64,000 bases of DNA, taken from contig OX597838.1 in NCBI GenBank assembly GCA_951406725.2, positions 21,700,001 to 21,764,000 on the forward strand, read 5' to 3'. Of this stretch, positions 54,708 through 64,000 are shown piece by piece. The translations under genes and the position numbers were made by a program. The notes under the pieces are model-generated. The model did no database searches, was not told the DNA's origin, and saw nothing but the letters and a program-made list of their open reading frames with translations. The number at the start of each line of letters is the position of its first letter. Position 1 is the stretch's first letter. This stretch comes from Octopus vulgaris. Its lineage: Eukaryota.

Positions 54708-55633
54708 CCCGATTGCTACCAACTCTCACTTTCAGCTCTCCTCCCACTTGCCCTCATTCACTCCAACCTCAACACCATCACCATCACCATCACCATCACC
54801 AGCACAACCCACATCAGCATCAACGACAACAACTACAACAACGACATTACCGCCAGGGCTTCTACATCAAACCACCACCACCACCACCACCACCACCACC
54901 GCCGCCGCCGCCAACGGCGCCACCGTCGATGCCACCACCGCCACCACCACCACCATCACCACAACCACCGCCACCACCACCACCACCACCACCGCTGCCA
55001 CCACCACCACTTATTAACACCACCCGCCCCCTGGCTCTCCACTTCACTTCCGTTCTAACGATTGTTATTGTTGCTGTTGTTGGAATAATTGTTTCATTGA
55101 AATCTCTTGGAAGTTTCTTCGTTTTACTTTCCATTTCCCCCCCACACACACACAAACACACACACAAACACACACACACACACACACTTACCAGGCACAC
55201 ACACACACCTATACATGCATACACATGCACATTCGCACACACATATATGGAATACATACCGAATGCACACACATACACAGACATACATACACACACTTCC
55301 ACATACACACAAGCTTACACACACTTCCACACATACAAACCCGCACACACACACATTCACATGTCACCCTACACACACACACACACACACTTATACATGC
55401 ACTTATTGACAGGCACTCATGCAAACGTACACACACATGCACACGCACATACACACACATGTAGTACAAACCTTCATAAGCACACAAACCACGCGCGCGC
55501 GCACACAAACACACACGCACTTGCGTACATATACATACACATACACACACATTCGCAAACGCCCACACACTCATACTTTTGTTTCAAATGCGAAGAGAAT
55601 GAAGTAGAAACGGTAAAACGCATTCATACGACT

Positions 55634-56114
55634 TTCCTTCGTTTTGACTCGACAAAACTCAAAACAAAACCTCGGTTGTTTCCGTGACAGCTCGGGCAAT
55701 TCACTTCGGATATCTTCGTGACCTCCGTCACAGCTGCTAAATTGTGAGGAGGAGGAGTTAGTTAGTTAGTTAGTTAGTTAATTTGGCTCAAAAGCAAATA
55801 GCAAGGCCATGTAGGGGGACATGGAGTTAAGTACAGGGTGGTGTTCATGTAAAGAGTTCAGGACACTTGAGGTCCAGGGAGGCTTTGAACAAAGCGGTCG
55901 TCTTCACCATCTCGTCTGGCAGCTTGTTCCACGGATCCGCAAGGAGGAGGAGGAGGAGGAGAAAGCTAATGGGTTGCGTGTGCGTGCTTGTTCTTGTCTC
56001 CTCACGTTTTAGCAGCTGTCACGGAGGTCACGAAGATATCCGAAGTGAATCGTCGAGTTGTCACGGAAAAAACCGAGGTTTTGCTTTTGGTTTTGTCGAG
56101 TCAAAACGAAGGAA
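55634..56114. mobile_element. Foldback/MITE with ~117-bp inverted arms
   Basis: 55634-55751 is a diverged reverse complement of 55998-56114. Confidence 0.85.
55758..55941 (-). mobile_element. CR1/L2-type LINE 3' end nested in the foldback
   Basis: DPWNKLPDEMVKTTALFKASLDLKCPELFT*, (TAAC)n tail, (GAG)n on both sides. Confidence 0.75.
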
Positions 56115-56597
56115 CTCCCATTCATACATACGAGATGGTATCAAAAAGTTTCCGAGACGAAGCTGTATTTAAGAAAAAAAAAAGTACCTAAGTTTAATAC
56201 AGTTCTATATTTAAGAGATGAGGAATTATGTACATTATTTATATTATTCAGACGGAAACTGAAAGAAGCCTGTCGTATATATGTATATATATATATGTGT
56301 GTGTGTATGTGTGTGTGTTTTTGTGTGTTTGTCCCCCTAGCATTGCTTGACAACCGATGCTGGTGTGTTTACGTCCCCGTCACTTAGCGGTTCGGCAAAA
56401 GGGACCGATAGAATAAGTACTGCGCTTACAAAGAATAAGTCCCGGGGTCGATTTGCTCGACTAAAGGCGGTGCTCCAGCATGGCCGCAGTCAAATGACTG
56501 AAACAAGTAAAAGATAAAAGATAAAAGATAAAGATATTATTATGTATGTGTGTATGTATGTATTTACGTACATACATACGTATGTATGAATGTAGGT

Positions 56598-56798
56598 CAG
56601 TGGTTTTCAACCAGGGTTCCGCCAGTACAGTCCAGGGGTTCCGCAAGAAGTTACAAAAATGCTAAAATCAGCAGTAATTTTTAATTCTCCTGTGCAGATA
56701 TGTGTGCATAAGACTATTAAATTATTGCACAGGGGTTCCTCGAACCAGTGGAATGTTTCCTTGGGGTTCCGCTCCAGTAAAAAGGTTGAAAAGCACTG
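56598..56798. mobile_element. hAT (Charlie-like) MITE
   Basis: TIR CAGTGGTTTTCAACC / GGTTGAAAAGCACTG; 8-bp TSD ATGTAGGT / ATGTTGGT; internal GGGTTCC motifs. Confidence 0.9.
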
Positions 56799-57368
56799 AT
56801 GTTGGTAAATGTGTATATATGTACGTACATACATACATACTTGGCGGAAGTCCTCTTGTAAACCTAGTAAAACCACTTCCTGAACTCGGTAAGTCCATAC
56901 AAGCGATCCAAGGCTCAAGAGTTTCCTGTGCGTCAGTTTTGTCTTGAATTGGACAAATTGTATCACCGCAAAGCACCCAATTTTCCGTACAATCAGCTAC
57001 AACACCAGGCTGGGACGACCAGGAAACCAATTGTTTTTCCGGTTGCTTTTTTTTCTTTCTAGGTGTTTAGCTTCTAGAATAAAGTTCTAACGATAGCTAT
57101 GGGGCCTTTATTCCCAGAGATTCATATGCTAATTAACCCGTAAATAGGACCCTAAAAGGTGCTGCAACTCCAAGTCAGTATAGATACGGAACAAAAATGG
57201 CTAAGACATACATACATACATACATACATACATACATACATACATACATACATACATACATACATACAAACTTACATACATACACACATACATACATACA
57301 TACATACATACATACATACGTACATACATACTTACATACACACGTACATATATACGTACATACATACA

Positions 57369-57399
<31 letters not shown>

Positions 57400-57417
57400 G
57401 TACGTACATACGTGCAT

Positions 57418-57617
57418 TATGGCTGCCCCCTCGTTATCGAATATGGCCATTGCACGAAGCTTAACTGTTACTGGTGCTGTGATCGAATGTGACTTTTTAG
57501 CCCAGCTAAAGTTCTACAATGTCTTGTACAGAATTGGCAACTAAAACCGTTACCGGTAACAGCCGGCTGTAGTTGTAACTGGGCTTCATGTACCTTTGCA
57601 TGTCGTTTAAGTCCTCC
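57418..57617 (-). mobile_element. 5'-truncated RTE-like LINE 3' end in (TACA)n
   Basis: GGLKRHAKVH...CQFCTRHCRTLAGLKSHIRSQHQ*. Confidence 0.65.
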
Positions 57618-58214
57618 TACGTACATACGTAAGTACGTACGTACATACATACGTACATAGGTACATACATACATATATACGTACGTATATACGGAGATAG
57701 ATACGAGAGTATTGTAGTTCGCTTGAAGCATTGTGTATTGTTTGTAAAGAATAAAAAATTTTGAATGGTACAACAATGCACTATAATACAGACAATGGGC
57801 TATATACTTGTGGTATTTTAGTCATCCATAGTTTGATATATGTCTACTCTTTTACTTGTTTCAGTCATTTGACCGTGGCCATGATGGAGCACCGACTTTA
57901 GTCAAGGAAATCTATCGGTCTGTTTTGCCGAACCGCTAAGTTACAGGGACGTAAGCACACCAGCATCGGTTGTCAAGCGATGTTGGGGGGACAAACACAG
58001 ACACACAAACATATACACAAACATACATATATATATATATACATATATACGACGGGCTTCTTTCAGTTTCCATCTACCAAATCCACTCACAAGCCTTTGG
58101 TCGACCCGAGGCTATAGCAGAAGACACTTGGCCAAGGTACCACGTAGTGGGACTGAACACGGAACCATGTGGTTGGTAAACAGGCTACTTACCACACAGC
58201 TACTCCTGCGCCTG

Positions 58215-59794
58215 TATACAATTTCTTTACCTCCGTCTTGAATATCTTGTTTTGTCGATAAAATTTGATTCTTCTGTGATACCTTCTAAGTGGTTGGATT
58301 TTGAATTGCGTTCATTTTTTCAGTTGTTCCTTGGTTGCCGGGAGGTTTATAAAATCTTTGATTTTATATTTTTGCTTGATTTTTTTAGCTTGTTTCGTCT
58401 TAGCATTGACTCCTGTAGCAAGTTCATCAAGTACTGATACATCTGCCCGCAGAGATTCGATCTCTTTTTGTATTGCTACTTTCCACTTAGGAGGTCTATT
58501 GACATGGTTGGTCCTTTTCACTGTCGTCCTGATACCTAGTTGAGCAGTTACAACATTAGCAGAAGACTAAATGAGGTTATTTAAGGTTGTTAGGTCATTT
58601 CTCTTATTACTTAAGCTCTGTTTAAGAGCAACATTATATATCACGATAATGTTGTTTTTATGCTGTTTGAGAACTTTGCCAGTGGTCCCTCATTGATGAT
58701 GTTAGTAGGCTCAGTTTTGTTGAGTTCTCTGATAATATCTTCTTTTGCTTCTATGATCTTCTCTTTATTATTCACCTCGAATTCTGTGTCATACCTATTC
58801 TGGTGTTCTTGAGATAGCTCTACTTTCTCCTCTTTTCCCGCATATCTGTTCTTCGCTATTCTTTCTTCAGCCTCCTCGTTGGGATGTACTTATTTCTTTA
58901 CTACCCACAAGGGGCTAAACACTGAGAGGACAAACAAAGACAGACAAACAGATTAAGTCGATTATATCGACCCCAGTGCGTAACTGGTGCTTATTTAATC
59001 GACCCCGAAAGGATGAAAGGCAAAGTCGACCTCGGCAGAATTTGAACTCAGAACGTAACGGCAGACAAAATACGGCTACGCATTTCGCCCGGCGTGCTAA
59101 CGTTTCTGCCAGCTCGCTGCCTTAAAGGATAAAAGGAAAAGTCCTCGTTGGGATGTACTGCTCGTACACTGGGTTTTGTGCATGTGTTACCTGTTTCATC
59201 TGAATTGTTGCTGTTTTCATTTGGTCTACCATGAGATATTTATGTCCTAATTTGGCCAATTTCAGCGTCAGTTAACCATTTATTCTTAATGATGTCTCAA
59301 CACACATTGCTTAGTTTATTTTCGTCTATATATCTGCGTACTTGATTGCCTAGTAAGTTTCTTCATGAAATGTAAGTTTGTACTATGAGGTTATTGTATG
59401 GGTTTAGTTGGACTGTATAGAAAGCTTGCAACATATCTCTATAATCCTCTCTAGTCCATTTCATGTGTTTGCTTGAGGTGATGTTTTTGGTGGAGTCACT
59501 AAGGTTAGAGTTATCCTGGTAACCTAGTAGACCAATTTTTAGAGAGTTTGTTCCAGCAGCAGACTTTTCACCCCCAGTCTGGTTCCTCAATGAGTAACGC
59601 GGTCTTTGTTGTCACGGGTGATGACCGACCCGGCGAGAGTTTTGGCCTTTCATTAAGGCATTGACAGTGACAATAGAAGACGGGTCTGTTTGTTCAGATT
59701 TGACTTTTTGACATGACACCGCTTCCTTGTTCTTCGAATGAATATATATTTATCATATCGTAGGCTAGTATGTCGAAAGTCACCTCTATTTTTT

Positions 59795-59795
<1 letters not shown>
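58215..59795 (-). pseudogene. R4/Dong-type retrotransposon 5' UTR and N-terminal ORF
   Basis: MKWTREDYRDML..FY, NKWLTDAEI, PPKWKVAIQKEIESLRADVSVL, LRRYHRRIKFYRQNKIF; 5' end abuts the (TAA)n tract at 59795-60215. Confidence 0.75.
58891..59141 (-). mobile_element. SINE family C inserted in the LINE
   Basis: 18-bp TSD TCCTCGTTGGGATGTACT at 58873-58890 and 59142-59159. Confidence 0.9.
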
Positions 59796-60215
<420 letters not shown>

Positions 60216-60855
60216 AGATGTGGTTATCACGCCGGGAAAAATACTTAGCAGCATTCCGCCCGTCCTCACGTTCTGAGTTCAAATTCCGGTGAGGTCGACT
60301 TTTCCTTTTATCCTTTCGGGGTCGATAAAATAAGGACCCGTTGAGCACTGGGGGTCGATGTAATCAACTTATTCACTTCACCCAAACTTGCTGGCCTTGT
60401 GCCAAAATTTAAAACCAATATAGCGACATATGCCTTCGACAGAACCTACTAAGAACCAAAGGTCGAATTCCTGACTTGGAAAAAATCTAAAGACATGAGG
60501 CGGATGACATTATGAGATTTAATAAGAAGTTTCTCAGATCACCTAAGATATACATTTAGAGAACTTGTACGACTTTACGACAACAGGCCAACAGTAGAGG
60601 GGCGGCATACATACCAGCACAAGGTTGTGTATGATTAGTTTTCCAGAAGGCTTTAAAGTAACAACATTGACAACCAGGATATTGGCTCTTAAGTTGTGCT
60701 TTTGCAATACAGGAGCAGGAAATAGCCACAAAATGCCTGATGTAAAAGAAAGAAAAACAGATAGGAATGCTTATAAATCACATAGGTGCGACAAACAATG
60801 CACGTCTTGTGCAGTCAATACTGAGAATATCATTCGCTTAATAAGTAGCTGTCTG

Positions 60856-61412
60856 AAGGCTTCGAGCTGGCAGAAACGTTATCATGCCGGGCGAAATGCT
60901 TAGCGGTATTTCGTCTGCCGTTACGTTCTGAGTTCAAATTCCGCCGAGGTCAAATTTGCCTTTCATCCTTTCGGGGTCGATTAAATAAGCACCAGTTACG
61001 CACTGGGGTCGATTTAATCGACTTGATCCGTTTGTATGTCCTTGTTTGTCCTCTCTGTGTTTAGCCCCTTGTGGGTAGTAAAGAAATAGGTATTTCGCCT
61101 GTCTTTACGTTCTGAGTTCAAATTCTTCCGAAGTCGACTTTGCCTTTCATCCTTTCGGGGTCAATTAAATAAGTACCAGTTACGCACTGGAGTCGATGTA
61201 ATCGACTTAATCCCTTTGTCTGTCCTTGTTTGTCCCCTCTATGCTTAGCCCCTGTGGGCAATAAAGAAATAAGAAACGGTAGCACGCCGGGCTAAATGCT
61301 TAGTGGAATTTCGCCTGTCTTTACGTTCTGAGTTCAAATTCCGCCGAAGGCGACTTTGCCTTTCATCCTTTCGGGATCGATAAATTAAGTACCAGTTACG
61401 TACTAAGGTCGA
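60856..61412 (+). mobile_element. Trimeric family C SINE
   Basis: Same two junction types as 48158-48760 (GAAATAGGTATTTC at ~61083; AGAAATAAGAAACGGTAGC at ~61265). Confidence 0.85.
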
Positions 61413-62154
61413 AGCCCGAAAGGAACACAGAAAGAAACAAGGAGAGAAAATAGAGAAAATAAAGAATGTGTAGTAACTATCGATCTGCATTCATGAAAAC
61501 GAGAATATTTGCGACGAATTAATGCTAACTACGAATTCTCATCGATGCATTAGGCTATATACCAACAAATTTGCACAAATGCCAGGAATTTCACGGTTTT
61601 ACGGAGAAAGATCAAAAGAAACTGACGTGGATTCTCCGAATCCAATCTATTAGCGGCACAGCGAGAATTTGTAGACATTCCAGAGATCCTCCACCTGAGG
61701 TCCTATTGGGAATAATTGCACACACGTGGGTGTATGCATTGCCATTTCAACCAACACACCAACTTGATCACATATCTATAAACATCGGAACCTCTTTTAA
61801 CTGAAAAAAAGTATTGTCGCTTTGTTAGCGAACAGCTTGAACTCTCTCAAGAAGAATTTCAATAAAACCCGAAGAAAAATCATACACACATAGACGGATA
61901 CATACAAGACTACCGTATTTGATGCTGACTGACTTCCAGAGAAAATATTTTGTTTCTAGGCTACGGAACAGATCGTTCTCCGTGGATGATAAATTTGAAA
62001 AATTAATCAAGAACATGTATTCGTGCATACAGTACATACAAGCAAAACGCTCCAGAGGTCGTCCATAAGAGTTTCCTGTACTAAATATAATGAAAAATAT
62101 CTAAAATTCTCCAGAGACTCCCAGCATGTGAATTTCCTGTACCAGACATATACA

Positions 62155-62253
62155 TACTGCGTGACGCCTTGGGCAAGTGTCTTCTACTATAGCCTCGGGC
62201 CGACCAAAGCCTTGTGAGTGGATTTGTTAGACAGAAACTGAAAGAAGCCCGTC

Positions 62254-62313
<60 letters not shown>

Positions 62314-62324
62314 CATAGAGAAAG

Positions 62325-62379
<55 letters not shown>

Positions 62380-62605
62380 GTATATATATATATGTATGTG
62401 TGTATATGTGTTTGTGTCTATGTTTGTCATCGCTTGACAACCGATGGTGGTGTGTTTACGTCCCCGCAACATTAGCGGTTCGGCGAAAGAGGCCGATAGA
62501 ATAAGTACTAGGCTTACAAAGAATAAGTCTTGGGGTCGATTTGCTCGAATAAAGGCGGTGCTCCAGCATAGCCGCAGTCAAATGACTGAAACAAATAAAA
62601 GAATA
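62155..62605 (+). mobile_element. SINE family A (5'-truncated); further partial A copies at 62640-62810 and 63240-63465, C copies at 63480-63890
   Basis: Sequence identity to family consensus seen elsewhere in window. Confidence 0.8.
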
Positions 62606-63059
62606 CATCTACATACACAAACTGAATATATATTTTAGCCGCAAGCGTGGCTGTGTGGCAAGAAGCTTGCTTCACGGCCACATAGTTCCGGGTTCAGACC
62701 CGCTGCTTGGTACGTTGGGCAAATGTCTTTTACTATAGCCTCGGGCCGACCAAAGCTTTCTGAATGGCTTTGGTAGACAGAAACTGAAAGAAGCCCGTCG
62801 CAAATATATATATGTATACATATAATTTATATTTTGGACTGATAGGGTCGATTAGTGTGTTTCAGTGTTGAGTAGAGCACTAGAACAGTTTGGGGGCTAC
62901 CTGGTGTCATCCACAGTCGTGGTATATTTCCGTTGGATCTACTTAAGGAACTCCGCAGTGTCAGCTGGGGTAATTATAAGGGACGATGGGAGGACGGGTC
63001 GAAACGAATGTTGTACAGAATACAGTTCAAATCCATCTTCTCGTTACTTAATTAATATC

Positions 63060-63140
<81 letters not shown>

Positions 63141-64000
63141 AAATATATATATATATGCATACACATATGTACGCATGTATGTATGTATGTATGTATGTAT
63201 GTATATGCATTTGTATATATTTGTGTGTCTCTTTGTCCCTCGCACCATTGCTTGCGATTAGCGGTTTGGCAAAAGAGATCGATAGAATAAGTACTAGGCT
63301 TACAGACTGAAACAAGTAAAGTGGCTGTGTGGTAAGTAGCTTGCCACATGGTTCCGGGTTCAGTCCAACTGCATGGCACCTTGGGCAAGTGTCTTCCTCT
63401 ATAGCCTCGCGCCGACCAAAGGCTTGTGAGTGGATTTGGTAGACGGAAACTGAAAAGAAGCCCGCAAATTTTTAAATGCATAGCAGCATTTTGTCCGTCT
63501 TCCCGTTTTGGCTTCAAATTCCGCTGAGGTCGACTTTGCTTTTCACCCAATCGAGATCGATAAAATAACTACCAGTTGTGCACTGGAATCGATGCAACCG
63601 ACGTAACCCCCAACTCCCAACACCGATATTGCCGGCCTTGTGCCAAAACTTAAAACTATTATTTATTGGTAGGAAAGTTTCGTGCTGGCAGAATCGTTTG
63701 CATGCCGGTCAAAATGCTTAACGGCATTTCGTCCGTCATTTACGTTCTGAGTTCAAATTCCACCGAAGTCGACTTTACCTTTCATCCTTACGGGGTTGAT
63801 AAAATTAATACCAGTTGAACACTGGGGTTGAAAAAATCGACTCACCCCGTCCCCCAAACTCGCGGTCCTTCTGCCGAAATTCGAAACCACAATTGATTTT
63901 GTTGCAATTAATGTTATTGTTGCTAAAATTGTCGCAAGAAATGTTGCTAATTTATTCTTTGAAAGTGTATATGCTTTATCATGAAATATTTTTTGTGTGT

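Overview
Eukaryotic, AT-rich, extremely repeat-dense non-coding DNA (intronic or intergenic). The SINE families and microsatellite load are most consistent with a coleoid cephalopod such as Octopus; this is an inference. I found no intact protein-coding gene, and nearly all listed ORFs are microsatellite artefacts. Contents: dozens of tRNA-derived SINE copies (four families, called A-D here), decayed mariner/Tc1 transposases, a complete non-autonomous Helitron, hAT, mariner and foldback MITEs, R4/Dong-, RTE-, Tx1- and CR1-type LINE fragments, and two Penelope-like GIY-YIG remnants. Most notable signals: (1) at least four families of short, mostly (TA)n-associated elements carry minimal hammerhead-ribozyme cores, arranged as tandem pairs (~205 nt apart) or inverted pairs, often with a CCGA core variant; (2) a 22x29-bp minisatellite born from mariner transposase coding sequence; (3) SINEs that are modular (one head, four tails) or multimeric with recurring junctions; (4) one candidate 117-bp exon on the minus strand.
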